A DNA stretch of 62,916 nucleotides, counting the filler, from Thraustochytrium aureum (Eukaryota), in assembly GCA_012862495.1 (NCBI GenBank). It is 3 parts of one record of this genome, joined end to end, with 100 filler letters (N's around TTAATTAATTAA, not from the genome) between each part and the next. Parts side by side here need not be neighbours in the genome. Positions count along the whole stretch, not along the records: positions 20,937 to 46,099 come from BLSG01000182.1; 2 more parts are not named here. The stretch is one strand, 5' to 3'. The position numbers and the translations under genes are program-made. The stretch's first letter is position 1, and each line of letters starts with the position of its first letter. The notes under the pieces are model-generated. The model did not search any database and was not told the origin of the DNA. It worked only from the letters and a program-made list of their open reading frames with translations. Of the stretch, positions 34,827 to 46,199 are shown piece by piece.

Positions 34827-37300
34827 CTACTCTGATGCCTGGCTTTCCTCGTCCAAGCTGGCAACGAGGAAGCCCTTTCCGTCTGCAGAGCCCGGCACGC
34901 TCCTCTCAAAGGCCTCCCCAGGTGGGCCCTTGCGAGACCGCGGCAGGCTCTTGCGAATAGCGAATCGACTGATGCTAGAGCGGGACACCGAGGAGATCTT
35001 GTCGCGCAGCGACTCGCCATGCGACGCCACTGCCGCAGCTGCGGCAGCCGCGAAACTGGATGCCGCTTGGACCGCTCCATTTGCGAGCTGCGTGGCGCTG
35101 GCCTCGCCCGGGCTCGGGAGTGCCGCTGCGGGAGGCCGCGAAGCGCCTCGCGCGGCTTTGCTGGAGCGGATAAGGTGCTCATTTTCGAGCGAAACGATAA
35201 GAGTCTTGGCGACCTCTGACACTCCACCGGAACGACCTGCATGGCCTCGTCGAGGGCGGCCTGGAGACCACCATGAGCCGTCATGTCCTTGGAAATGTGC
35301 TTGTTGTAGCTCATGGCCAGCAGAATCTCCACCGCCATCCCGGCCACGTCCGAGTCGTTGGCGGCAACCGCGCGCGTTAGGGCGTCGACGATCACCGGAA
35401 AGAGGGAGCGCAGGTGAAACAGGTTGTGCGGCGCTAGCACGAGGTAGCTGATAGCCTGCAGCAGCTCGCCGGTGGACCAGTAAATCCCCCCCAGGGCGTG
35501 CTCTTCGTCCTGCGTGGTCCGCAAGAGGTCGGCGAGCATTGCAACGAGCTCCGGCTGCACACGCGGGATTTCGCGGCTGCGCGTGTGCGAGGCCGACTTG
35601 CCGACGAAAAACGCCGAGCCGAGCACTGCGAGCAAGCCGAGCTCGTCCCCGCGCTTGGCCGCGCTGGCTAGCGCTTTGTGGATGTTGGCTTCTGTGACGC
35701 TGCTCATCACCGGGGACTCGATGGCGATGTTGATGAGCGTGAGGAGGCTGATCACCTCGATGTTCCGCGACCACTGCTCCTTGCCCTTGCTGTTAGTGCG
35801 CAACTTGGTGGAAGAGATGCTTCGCATGGAGCGCACCAGGAACACCACACAGGCAGGGTTGCTCAGTTCCGCTGGCCCGTCTGGCATCGTCGACATGTTG
35901 AACAGCAACTGCGTGAGGCACTGGCAGATGTTGCGCGACGTGTTGTCCTTCCTGCTCAACAGCTTGGAGCCTGCGGTGGCGCACTTGACCGCCGCTCCGC
36001 ACTGGAGAACCAGTGACCTGTTGGCGCGCTGCCTGAGGAACGAGTCGAGCACATAGGCAACGGAGACGAGGCGAGTGTCGGCGATAAACTCGACGAGGAT
36101 CAAGAGCACGCGCACGATTATGATGCGGTTGTCGCGTGTGATCACCTTGTGCATGTTGGGCGAGAGGAGGCCCAGGATTGAAAGGCTAAAGTCCGCCATG
36201 GACTCTTGCTCCACAATCTGGCACATGCTGAGCAGCATGCCCATTATGCCTTTCCGGTCAATGTCGAAGCAGATCCGACTTGGCAAGTCGAGCGAGGTCT
36301 CGTCCAGGTGCAGCTCGCTGATGAGCCCCTCGTCCTCGGTGTAGTCAGGCTTTGGCTTGTTTGCCTTTGCCACTGTTGCCTTGCCCGCTGCGTCGCGCAC
36401 AGTGCTGCGATCCGCGTCCTGCTCGTTTTGCGCGTCCTGCTCGTTTTGCGCGTCCTGCTCGCTTTGCGCGGCGCGCTCGGCCTCTGGCTCGGCGTCGGCT
36501 TCGAGGTTCTCGGGGTTGGCGATGCGGGCCTTGATCCGGTTGATGCTCCTACGGACCGACTTGTCCGCTTCGGACTCTTCTTCTACTTGGGTTGTGTCGG
36601 CGGCGGGCATCGACCCGCGCTTGCCCTTTGCGGATGCAGGGAAACTCGGCGGCCGCGCGCTCGTCTGCCCCTCACGATGGCGCAAAAGCGGCCGCGCCGT
36701 GGGCGGCTGCGCCTCTACACCAATGCTCAGAACGATCGACTTGATAATCATGAGCGCTGTTTTCGTGAGATACCCGCGCTCGTAGTTGCGGTAAATGTGC
36801 ACCCAGATGTCTTTTTCGTGAAGCGTCAACGCGTGCTCGCGGCGCGTCGCAAGCGATGCCAGGCCCGCCAGCGCGATGTCGCAAACATGCAGGTGGACGC
36901 GGTCGTCCCCGCCGAACAGCTGGGACCGCCGGAAGAGGACGTCGATGGCTCCTTTCTTCACGGCCTGGTCAACCAGCTCCTCGTTCTTCGAGCCAAGCGT
37001 GATTTCGACGATGCTCAGGCAACTGGTCGCCTCCTCGTCGGTGCCCCCGCTCAGGCTGGTCGCGTGCTTCACGAGGTCCTCGTTCAGCAGAGGGCCGACA
37101 TCCTTGCTCGCGCGCAGCGCAGCAACGATGGCCTTGATGCTCGCCAGCCGCACGCTTGCGTTCGGCGACTCCTTGGCGAGCTTGGTCAAAAACCCGACGA
37201 CCTCCTTGTCAACCTCGAGCACCTCGGTCGAGGAGGCCACCCTCAGCACGTTATTGACAGCCTCCAGCTGCTGCTCCGCGCCGCTCGACTTGCGCAGCGC
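34827..37300 (-). CDS. Helical ARM/HEAT-like repeat protein, frameshift near 35235, 5' end near gap
   Basis: About 800 aa of amphipathic helical repeats (ELVDQAVKKGAIDVLF; RSLVLQCGAAVKC; LTQLLFNMS; LLTLINIA). The C-terminus continues in the 34827 frame. Confidence 0.7.
36413..36466. repeat. 18-bp coding tandem repeat x3 (EQDAQN on minus strand)
   Basis: CGCGTCCTGCTCGTTTTG twice plus a third copy with one mismatch. Confidence 0.85.
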
Positions 37301-37580
37301 ATCAAAATAGTGCCTAAAACTCGTACTCCATCGCGCCGCGGCCGCCCAACGCGTGCGTCACGCCCTTCCGCGCCAGCCAGGCACCGGTCNNNNNNNNNNN
37401 NNNNNNNNNNNNNNNNNNNNNNNNNNNNNNNNNNNNNNNNNNNNNNNNNNNNNNNNNNNNNNNNNNNNNNNNNNNNNNNNNNNNNNNNNNNNNNNNNNNN
37501 NNNNNNNNNNNNNNNNNNNNNNNNNNNNNNNNNNNNNNNNNNNNNNNNNNNNNNNNNNNNNNNNNNNNNNNNNNNNNNNN

Positions 37581-37640
37581 TGCTGCTCCTGCTGCGTCTG
37601 CTGCTCCTGCTCCTGCTGCTGCTGCTGCTGCTGCTGCCTG
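37581..37640. repeat. CTG-rich simple repeat
   Basis: (CTG)n with CTC interruptions beside a gap. Confidence 0.8.
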
Positions 37641-38045
37641 CCTCCCACCCTCCCTCTTCGTAGTGACAAGTCCTCTTTCCTTTCCTTTCTTTTCCAGGTT
37701 CTTCTCGATTGCTCACGACTCACGAATGGCGCACGGCCCCGCACGCTGCTTGCCCGCCCTCACAGTGCTCAACGAACAGTCGGATGTTCGCTGGGGTGGA
37801 GCAGGGTCGTTCGCGGCGGTGTGCAAGGAGGGCGGCGGCGCGACGCCTCACGGGCGAGCGCGCTCAAGGGTGCGAGATGGAGCACCCGCGGCGGCAGGGG
37901 ACTCGGAGGCGGCCGTCAAGAGTGCGGGATGGGGCGGCTCGACAGGGGGGAAGGTACTCTACCCACTCTACTCTGCTCGTACTTGCGTCACGGCGGCGGG
38001 GGCGGTGGCGAGAGGGAGAGGGAGGCAGAGGACGCGCGCTCTGCA

Positions 38046-38097
38046 TTCTGTTCTGTTCGTTCTGTTCGTTCTGTTCTGTTCTGTAACTTCTGTTCTG
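38046..38097. repeat. TTCTG/TTCG pyrimidine-rich simple repeat
   Basis: TTCTGTTCTGTTCGTTCTGTTCGTTCTGTTCTGTTCTG seen directly. Confidence 0.8.
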
Positions 38098-38971
38098 AGG
38101 AGGGAGGGGGCAGAGGCTGTGAGGCGCGGGCGCAAGTTGCCTTTTCGTGAACCGACTGGCCGGTTGTGAGGCGAGCACGCGAGCTGGTGTACCGGTACCC
38201 CCCAAAAGCAGAGCTTTCTGTTGGTTTTCGGGGACTTAAGTCGGACTTGAGGGGAGTGCGACCGGCGACGCGCGCGCGCGTCGCCACGGGTACCACGATG
38301 ACGTGCGGGCGGCTAGAGTGACGTATGGGGACTGGAGGTGACGAGGTCGGCCGAGGAGCGCAGGGAGAGTCCGCGTGACGGTGGCGCTGGCTCGTCACTA
38401 CTGCGGTCTCGCCCAGCGTGCAGCAGAAAGGGCTCCCTCACGGCAAGCCGCACCAGACCAGACGGGCAGGCGCGAGCGACGCTGCGGAGAGAGACGCGAG
38501 GCGAGTCCCGCGCTGTAGAGACGCGGCGGGGGCCGTTGAAACGCGGCGCCTGCTGGCAGCGGAATCGCGCAGGGACGCGCGGCGGAGGGCGCAGCGCGCG
38601 GCTCGGCGGTCGCGGGCTCAGCGCCGTCGGCGAAACCCGCAGACCCCGTTCCGTCGCGCGCTGAGCTTGCTCTGGGGCGCAGGTTGAGCTGGTCAGCCTG
38701 CCTCGCGAGCTACTCCACAAGCACGTGGCAGTCCCGATCGGCGCGGCGGTCTGCGTACTGGGCGCGTGGTGGGCCTGGCGCTGCAGGCTGCTCTTTGGCC
38801 GACGTTCGGATACGCCGTGGTTCGGCCTGCCTCTGCGAGCCCTGCTCTGCTTGTTTGATCGATCAAGATCTCGATAAAGAGCGGAGGTTTGCTTTTCGCG
38901 ATTGACTCGAAGCGATACGAGCCTGCGACACCCAGAGCGCCGGAACGTTGCAAGGGCAAGGCTGCAGCGCG

Positions 38972-40415
38972 ATGGAGGGCCTTCTGAAGGGCTCGTGCGA
39001 CGCGTGCACCGCCTCAAAGGTCAAGTGCTCCGGGGGAAACCCGTGCGAGCGATGCAAGTCGCGCGAGATGGCGTGCTCTTACAGGCCAAAGCGCAAGCGC
39101 GGGCCGCAGAAGAGCGGCAAGGACGGGCAAGCGAAGCGCAACCTGCGCGACGAGGACTTTGCGTTCGTGTCCTCGTACGAGAAGCGGATCTGGTCTACCT
39201 TTTTCACGATGTTCAAGAACCAGAACAGGAGCCGCTCCGACTCGCCGTACGCGTGGTGCTGGTTTGCGAGCCAGCTGGAAAAACTAAAGCGCCACCTCGC
39301 CTCGTGCAACAACGAGAACGCCCTGAACAGGCTGGAAGCCTGGCTAGACGCCCTCGACGTTGACCTGGCCAAGATTGTGGGTGGAGTCAAGAAGAAGTGC
39401 GTGTTCGCTGCGCACCAGTGCGGGTCGTGCTCGGCCATCGCCATGTCTGCGCCGAATGCGATGGGCAGCCCGATCTCAACCAACATCACCGTGGGCGAGT
39501 CCCTCCCCTTCGACGTCCGGCTCAACGACCGTCCGCGGCTGCTGATGGACACCACCTCGTGCGGGACCAAGGTCACTGTGAACGAAGCCTTCGCGGCGGA
39601 GTTTGGCATCTCCGAGGATGACCTCGCACAGCTGGTGGACTGGTCCGGCGGCGGGTTTCTGCCTTGGGGGGGCGATGTGCTGGCAAAGCTCATTGTCCGC
39701 GAGAGCGATCTCTTGGTATTCCTGCAGATTATGGCGATCAAGTTTCAGGCGCTCGGCCCCCCAGAGCACGGCGTTGAGCACCGATTCAGCGCGAGGTCCC
39801 GAGCACGCACATGTTTGAGCTCTGGGCCGCGAACGAGTGCACCGCAAAATACCTCCTGCACTGTTTGCACCTCGAGCAGATCGAAGGGAACGAGATGGCG
39901 ACGCAGTTTCGTGTCAGCCTCGAGCGCGTGGGATCCGTCTCCAAGCCCAACTCCGGCGACAAGCAGGTTTCTTTGGCTGAACTCAATCGCGACACCAAGC
40001 GCGCAAAGCACAGCACAGAAGGCTTGCCAGCGTCCGATGCCCGTGCCTCAGATGCAGAGCCCTCGCTTGGGGACTCGTTTGCTCGGCCGCACCCGCAGGA
40101 GGCACCGGACCCAGGCTACGGTGTTCTGAAACCGGAGAACTCTGGTGATCCAGTCGGCCCTGCGCAGGACCCGCAGTTCACGGCATCGACGTTGTGCCGC
40201 CGGTGTACCAAGAGTACTATAGCGGGTGGAGCCACTTTGACAACACCGGCGCCGGCAACGAGAGCTCGCCGCCGAGTCTGCAAGTGCCGCAACCTGAATT
40301 TGATTCCATCGACTTGGAGGGGCTAGACAGCGAAAACCCCGAATTCGAGGACAGCATGTGGCTGAACTCGCTTCTGGAGTGGTCGGGGCACAACGCCGCC
40401 AGCAGCCACTCCTAG
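38972..40415 (+). CDS. Zn(II)2Cys6 binuclear cluster transcription factor; frameshifts near 39785 and 40190
   Basis: SCDACTASKVKCSGGNPCERCKSREMACSY fits CX2CX6CX5CX2CX6C and is followed by basic RPKRKRGP. The C-terminus is acidic and aromatic (FDSIDLEGLDSENPEFEDSMWLNSLLEWS). Confidence 0.9.
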
Positions 40416-40787
40416 CCCGCTGGCACGCCGCCTTGCAAAGCGCAAAGCTGTGAGCTGCAATGACGTTGTTCACCCGAGCTGCCAAGCAACAATTGATTTG
40501 AGTTTTTTTCCCCTTTCCTGCAGGCCCGAGAGCTCAACCCAAGGCGGCAAGGGTCGTTGCGCGTGCCGTCCAAGCCAGGTTGCCGATTGCTCCATGCCGC
40601 GCTGCCGCCTGCGCGGGCGCGCATCTGTCGAGGCAGGCGTACATTCGGAGCTTGTGGGTGATCCATGGCGACACGGCTTTGTTCAATCAATCAAGAGCCC
40701 GGGTGTTTTTCAAAATGTGTCGACTACAGCAAAGACTCGAAAGCCAACGCAAGGCTGCTGCGCAGCGGGCCGCCGCTCCATCGAGAA

Positions 40788-41267
40788 TCAAAACTTCCCA
40801 GACCACCCGGCCTTGAGTAGTGCCCAGGACATAAACCCCACAGGGCCGTACATGAGCGTGGCCACGAGGCAAGGCGCGACGTAGAGTTTGGGCACCCCCT
40901 CCGCCAGCGCGTCCTGGGAGATGGCGAAGGCAATGCCGAGGTCAAACGCCAGGTAGTGGGCCCAGCACCCGTTGACTACAAAGTCGTTCCCGCCTCGAAA
41001 GATGCACCGTATCCCGCGGAGCGACGTGAACGAGGATCCTTCGATCGAGCCCATCGCCAAGCCCTTGAGCAGAGAAAAGGCGTACACCACGCCAACGTAC
41101 AGCATGATCGCCTTGACAATATCCGGCGTCAGCTTGCTCTCTGGCGCCAGCGCAATCGCCGCCCACCCGGGCAGAACTGCCAGGTTCATCGCCTTGAACA
41201 GCAGGTTGGCCAGCCAGTGCACGGGCTCTTCCTTGGGGCGCCCCGACGCGGTCTCCGTGGTCCCCAT
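40788..41267 (-). CDS. ABA4-like / DUF4281 membrane protein
   Basis: Four TM segments with AVLPGWAAIALAP, SFTSLRGI, WAHYLAFDL and PCLVATLMYGPVGF, the family hallmark motifs. Confidence 0.85.
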   Translation of the reverse strand: MGTTETASGRPKEEPVHWLANLLFKAMNLAVLPGWAAIALAPESKLTPDIVKAIMLYVGVVYAFSLLKGLAMGSIEGSSFTSLRGIRCIFRGGNDFVVNGCWAHYLAFDLGIAFAISQDALAEGVPKLYVAPCLVATLMYGPVGFMSWALLKAGWSGKF

Positions 41268-42257
41268 ATCGCCGACGGCTCACTCGAGCCCAGGACTGCA
41301 AGGCTCTATTAAAACGCTGCTCGCTCGCGCGCTCTGCAGCAACGCCAACGCCTGCCTGCCAGCGTCCTTGCTTGCGGCTCGAGGTCTGCAGGTGGTAGTG
41401 GACTGCCTCGTCTCCTTCCTGCTGTCAGTGCCCAACTTGTACGTGGCGCCGAGTCCACAGACCACCAACCGACCACGTACTTACACGCACGTGCAGCCTN
41501 NNNNNNNNNNNNNNNNNNNNNNNNNNNNNNNNNNNNNNNNNNNNNNNNNNNNNNNNNNNNNNNNNNNNNNNNNNNNNNNNNNNNNNNNNNNNNNNNNNNN
41601 NNNNNNNNNNNNNNNNNNNNNNNNNNNNNNNNNNNNNNNNNNNNNNNNNNNNNNNNNNNNNNNNNNNNNNNNNNNNNNNNNNNNNNNNNNNNNNNNNNNN
41701 NNNNNNNNNNNNNNNNNNNNNNNNNNNNNNNNNNNNNNNNNNNNNNNNNNNNNNNNNNNNNNNNNNNNNNNNNNNNNNNNNNNNNNNNNNNNNNNNNNNN
41801 NNNNNNNNNNNNNNNNNNNNNNNNNNNNNNNNNNNNNNNNNNNNNNNNNNNNNNNNNNNNNNNNNNNNNNNNNNNNNNNNNNNNNNNNNNNNNNNNNNNN
41901 NNNNNNNNNNNNNNNNNNNNNNNNNNNNNNNNNNNNNNNNNNNNNNNNNNNNNNNNNNNNNNNNNNNNNNNNNNNNNNNNNNNNNNNNNNNNNNNNNNNN
42001 NNNNNNNNNNNNNNNNNNNNNNNNNNNNNNNNNNNNNNNNNNNNNNNNNNNNNNNNNNNNNNNNNNNNNNNNNNNNNNNNNNNNNNNNNNNNNNNNNNNN
42101 NNNNNNNNNNNNNNNNNNNGGCTGTCGCGTCGCGTTGAGGAGCCAAGACGGCCGCACAGTACAAGACTGGTCGCTCTGGACGACGGCAAACGAAGGTCGC
42201 ATTTGTGTTCTACAGCATTCCTCTTCGCCGCATTGGGCCGCACGAAGAGCCGCAAAG

Positions 42258-42816
42258 ATGTCGAGCGAGTCGGAGGACCAGGGACCCCGCCTGGCGAAAG
42301 ACGAGGAAGAGTGGCGCGGCGTCGAGTCTCGCCATGCACAAAAGTGCGACGCCGCCGACGCCGACGAATCGAAGAACGGCGCTCCTGCCGATACGACGAA
42401 CGGGGAGCGGAGCCAGGACCATGTCGAGGGCGGCGGCGGCAGCGACGACGACGACGACGACGACGACGAGGGGGAGCTCGGGGTGAGGACCTTGTTTGAG
42501 ATGAGCTTTCCAACGCGCAAGGTGTCGCTCGAAATTCCCGTCGAGGCCGCGACAAACGGGGCGCCCCAGATACTGCTTGAGGTAATTTGCGCCGACTTTG
42601 ACAACCCCGGCGCGCTGCAGTCGGGCAAGTTTGTGTGGCCGGCCTCCAGGGGTCTGGCAGAGTTCCTCGGGTCCAGAGCGGGATCGGAGTTTGTGCGCGG
42701 CGCGCGGTCCGTGATTGAGCTTGGGGCCGGCGCGGGCGTTGGCGGCCTAGCGCTCGCCAAACTGGCGTCGCTGGACAGCGGCGAGCCGAGGCGCCTTGAC
42801 GTGCTCTTTACTGACC
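42258..42816 (+). CDS. Family-16 (METTL21/Nnt1-like) protein methyltransferase, 3' end in gap
   Basis: SGKFVWPASRGLAEFL, motif I VIELGAGAGVGGL, post-I VLFTD. Confidence 0.85.
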
Positions 42817-43640
42817 NNNNNNNNNNNNNNNNNNNNNNNNNNNNNNNNNNNNNNNNNNNNNNNNNNNNNNNNNNNNNNNNNNNNNNNNNNNNNNNNNNNN
42901 NNNNNNNNNNNNNNNNNNNNNNNNNNNNNNNNNNNNNNNNNNNNNNNNNNNNNNNNNNNNNNNNNNNNNNNNNNNNNNNNNNNNNNNNNNNNNNNNNNNN
43001 NNNNNNNNNNNNNNNNNNNNNNNNNNNNNNNNNNNNNNNNNNNNNNNNNNNNNNNNNNNNNNNNNNNNNNNNNNNNNNNNNNNNNNNNNNNNNNNNNNNN
43101 NNNNNNNNNNNNNNNNNNNNNNNNNNNNNNNNNNNNNNNNNNNNNNNNNNNNNNNNNNNNNNNNNNNNNNNNNNNNNNNNNNNNNNNNNNNNNNNNNNNN
43201 NNNNNNNNNNNNNNNNNNNNNNNNNNNNNNNNNNNNNNNNNNNNNNNNNNNNNNNNNNNNNNNNNNNNNNNNNNNNNNNNNNNNNNNNNNNNNNNNNNNN
43301 NNNNNNNNNNNNNNNNNNNNNNNNNNNNNNNNNNNNNNNNNNNNNNNNNNNNNNNNNNNNNNNNNNNNNNNNNNNNNNNNNNNNNNNNNNNNNNNNNNNN
43401 NNNNNNNNNNNNNNNNNNNNNNNNNNNNNNNNNNNNNNNNNNNNNNNNNNNNNNNNNNNNNNNNNNNNNNNNNNNNNNNNNNNNNNNNNNNNNNNNNNNN
43501 NNNNNNNNNNNNNNNNNNNNNNNNNNNNNNNNNNNNNNNNNNNNNNNNNNNNNNNNNNNNNNNNNNNNNNNNNNNNNNNNNNNNNNNNNNNNNNNNNNNN
43601 NNNNNNNNNNNNNNNNNNNNNNNNNNNNNNNNNNNNNNNN

Positions 43641-43904
43641 NAGGTTGCCGAAGACGGGCAGCCCCTGGAAGAACGCGGTGGTGAGACGAGCCACGAAAGC
43701 CGCGTCCGCGTCGATCGAGGCGAGCCTGGCGCGCAAGCCCAGCTCGTCGTTGCGCAAAAGCCGGTGGGCGTCTCGAAGCGCCTTTGTCGAGGAGCCAAAC
43801 CCCGTCGCGTGCGCGAGAAACGCCTCGCCTTGCTCGCGCTGTTGCGCCGCAGGGGCGGCGGCCTCTCTCGACCCGTCGCGCTCCGAGGCGACGACGCCCG
43901 CCAT
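43641..43904 (-). CDS. RIT1: tRNA A64-2'-O-ribosylphosphate transferase, N-terminal fragment
   Basis: LRNDELGLRARLASIDADAAFVARL...GLPVFGNL resembles the Rit1 N-terminus (NRLxSIxxDxxFV...LPxxxNxRCGxWY) and then runs into the gap. Confidence 0.7.
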
Positions 43905-44452
43905 CGCGGACCTCAACTTTAAGCAAGGCAGCGCCTTCCTGCGCAGGAGGGAAGCGTTGCCAGCAGCACACGGAGGGGATGCGATGCTCCGATCTGGGAC
44001 CGTGCTCGGCTGCGGGAGGGCTCAGCTGCTCCCGTCCGCGCCGCGTCCGTGCCCCCTGCGGCCTCTCGCTGCGCGCGCGCTGAGCGGCTGGGCAAGTGGG
44101 CAGGCCGCGCGCGCGCACGCGCCCGAGCGCGTGGGGCTCTGGTTTGGCTGGTGAGCGAGTTTTGGGGCACGGCAAGACGTGGCGAGCGGCTGCTGGACGC
44201 CGCGGAGCGAGATGCGGCCAAACAGGGCGGCGCGCGGGCGGGTCGGCGCCAGTGGAGCGCTGACGCCGTTTTGTTGCTGTAGTTGTTGCTGCCGTTGTTG
44301 TTGTTGTTGTCGATGATGATAAAGATGAGCTTGTTTGCTGACTCGAGGAATTCTTCAGGGGGTCGGTCAGGTCGGCCCACGGCGGCCGCCCTGCCCTGCC
44401 TGACCACCACCAAGACCTCGCAGAGCGCCGGCGGACTGCCCGCATAGCGGCG

Positions 44453-45712
44453 CTAGGCTCCAACCGCTGCTGTTGCCGAGCCGGCGGCGGCCTGCGACTC
44501 AAGACACGCCGGGCAGTTGTGGAGCGTCTCGTGCACAAAGCCCTCGCAGACGTCGCAGAGGAAGGTTTCGCACTTGGGGCAGCGGTAGAACGCTGCGGTG
44601 GGCGAGACGAGGTCGGTGGTAAACGAGATGCCGCAGGCCGAGCATGAGCCGCCCTCGACGGCCTCGGCAAGCGTGACGGGCCGGAATCGCGGCACCGGGA
44701 AGAGGTGGTGGTACGATCGGGCCAAGTGCGACGAGGCGATGAGCTCCAGACCGCAGACCGTGCACTTTGCGGGAAGCTCGAGGCAGACCGTGTTGCATCG
44801 TGGGCAGTAAAACCCCTCTGTCGTGAGGATAGGAGGCGGGCCGGGGCACAGGGCTTGGCGCGTGGTGGTGAGGCCTGGCGCGGCGGCCGCGCCAGCGTCG
44901 CGGACGGCGCCCTGAGAGGGGAAGCCCATGCGCACGAACGAGCATCGCAGCCCGTTCCGGCTCTCCATGAGCACGGGCGGCGGCTGCACGTGCGCTAGAA
45001 CGAGCTCGCGAAAGTGTGTCTTGTTTCGTGCGACACCGTACACCCCCTTGGTGTGCTGCGCGACGTACTTTGCGACGTGGACCTCGGCGGAGATGCCCAC
45101 CACCGAGGTGCGGATCGACTTTGCTTCAAGCGAGTCTATCGTCTCAAACACGTCGCCCTGGTCGCAGGTGCTGAGCGAGGCCATGATGACCACGATCTCT
45201 TTGGATCCGTGCTGCGGCACCGAGTGCAGCGCGGCCTTGGCGAGCTCGAGCCCGTTTTGCAGGGAGAACTCGCCCCGTTCCGACATGACTTCCAGGCCTG
45301 CCAGGTGACTCTTGGACGAGCCAGACATTTCTGTCAGCTTTTGCGCGACGCCGTCAACGCAGGCGAATATGCAGAGGCTGGAGAGCGGGTTTTCGTCGAA
45401 GAAGGCGATGACAAACTCTTTGAGAAACTCCACCGTTGCGGCGCGGCGCGACGGGCGGATGTCATTCTCTGCCATGGCGCGCGACATGTCGACCACCAAA
45501 CAGAGGTACCTGATCATGTTGCGGCACACCGTCCTGCCTTCCTGCTCCTCCTCTGTCCCTGCGCCCCCGCGCCGCAGCAGCGCGCCGAGCCCTCCGCCGC
45601 GTCCGTTTCTGACGCGGCCGTCGGCGCCTTGCGCTGCGCGGAGGACTCCATTCTCGTCCTCCACGAGCGCGTCCCAGCTGCGCTCAACGTTGTTCTCCCA
45701 GGCGTAGCTCAT
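44453..45712 (-). CDS. GTF2H2: TFIIH subunit p44 / Ssl1
   Basis: YAWE...RSWD.L.ED, MIRYLCLVVDMS, FFDENPLS, SLQNGLELA, SLSTCDQGD, MGFP, GFYCPRC...LIASSHLARSYHHLFP, C-terminal C.DC..FVHETLHNCP.C. Confidence 0.96.
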   Translation of the reverse strand: MSYAWENNVERSWDALVEDENGVLRAAQGADGRVRNGRGGGLGALLRRGGAGTEEEQEGRTVCRNMIRYLCLVVDMSRAMAENDIRPSRRAATVEFLKEFVIAFFDENPLSSLCIFACVDGVAQKLTEMSGSSKSHLAGLEVMSERGEFSLQNGLELAKAALHSVPQHGSKEIVVIMASLSTCDQGDVFETIDSLEAKSIRTSVVGISAEVHVAKYVAQHTKGVYGVARNKTHFRELVLAHVQPPPVLMESRNGLRCSFVRMGFPSQGAVRDAGAAAAPGLTTTRQALCPGPPPILTTEGFYCPRCNTVCLELPAKCTVCGLELIASSHLARSYHHLFPVPRFRPVTLAEAVEGGSCSACGISFTTDLVSPTAAFYRCPKCETFLCDVCEGFVHETLHNCPACLESQAAAGSATAAVGA

Positions 45713-45932
45713 CGGGGCAGCAGGGCGGCCAATCTGCGCGCCGCTGCGCTCGCCGTGCGCGCGGCCAGCCCGACTGCGGGCGTCGCCGAACGAGATCTGA
45801 GACGCTGCCCTCGACCCTTCCCGCAATTGCCTTGCCTTTCGGTTTCGAAAGGCTCAAAATAGAGGGCGCGAGTGATGGACGTCTGGATGGAGAGTCTGGC
45901 ATGAGCCCGGGCGGCCGGGGCGCGCTCGATCT

Positions 45933-46005
45933 TCTCGAGCAGGATGGGCCTCTCGAGCAGGATGGGCCTCTCGAGCAGGACGGGCCTCTCGAGCAGGATG
46001 GGCCT
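45933..46005. repeat. 18-bp tandem repeat x4
   Basis: TCTCGAGCAGGAYGGGCC x4 (LEQDGP in one plus frame), upstream of GTF2H2. Confidence 0.9.
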
Positions 46006-46099
46006 GCAGTGGTGGCGCGCTTTCTGAAGCGAAACTCGTCCGTGTGCTCGAGTCTGGCGAGAGTAGGTAGTGGAAGAGTGGTGGGGTTCGCAAGCCCTG

Positions 46100-46199
46100 N
46101 NNNNNNNNNNNNNNNNNNNNNNNNNNNNNNNNNNNNNNNNNNNTTAATTAATTAANNNNNNNNNNNNNNNNNNNNNNNNNNNNNNNNNNNNNNNNNNNN
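46100..46199. other. Artificial contig/scaffold linker
   Basis: 44 N + TTAATTAATTAA + 44 N. Confidence 0.95.

Noticed and set aside
45933..46005. Short repeats as a CRISPR-like array (also 9136-9234 and 36413-36466)
   Set aside because: The units are head-to-tail without unique spacers, there are no cas genes, and the context is eukaryotic.
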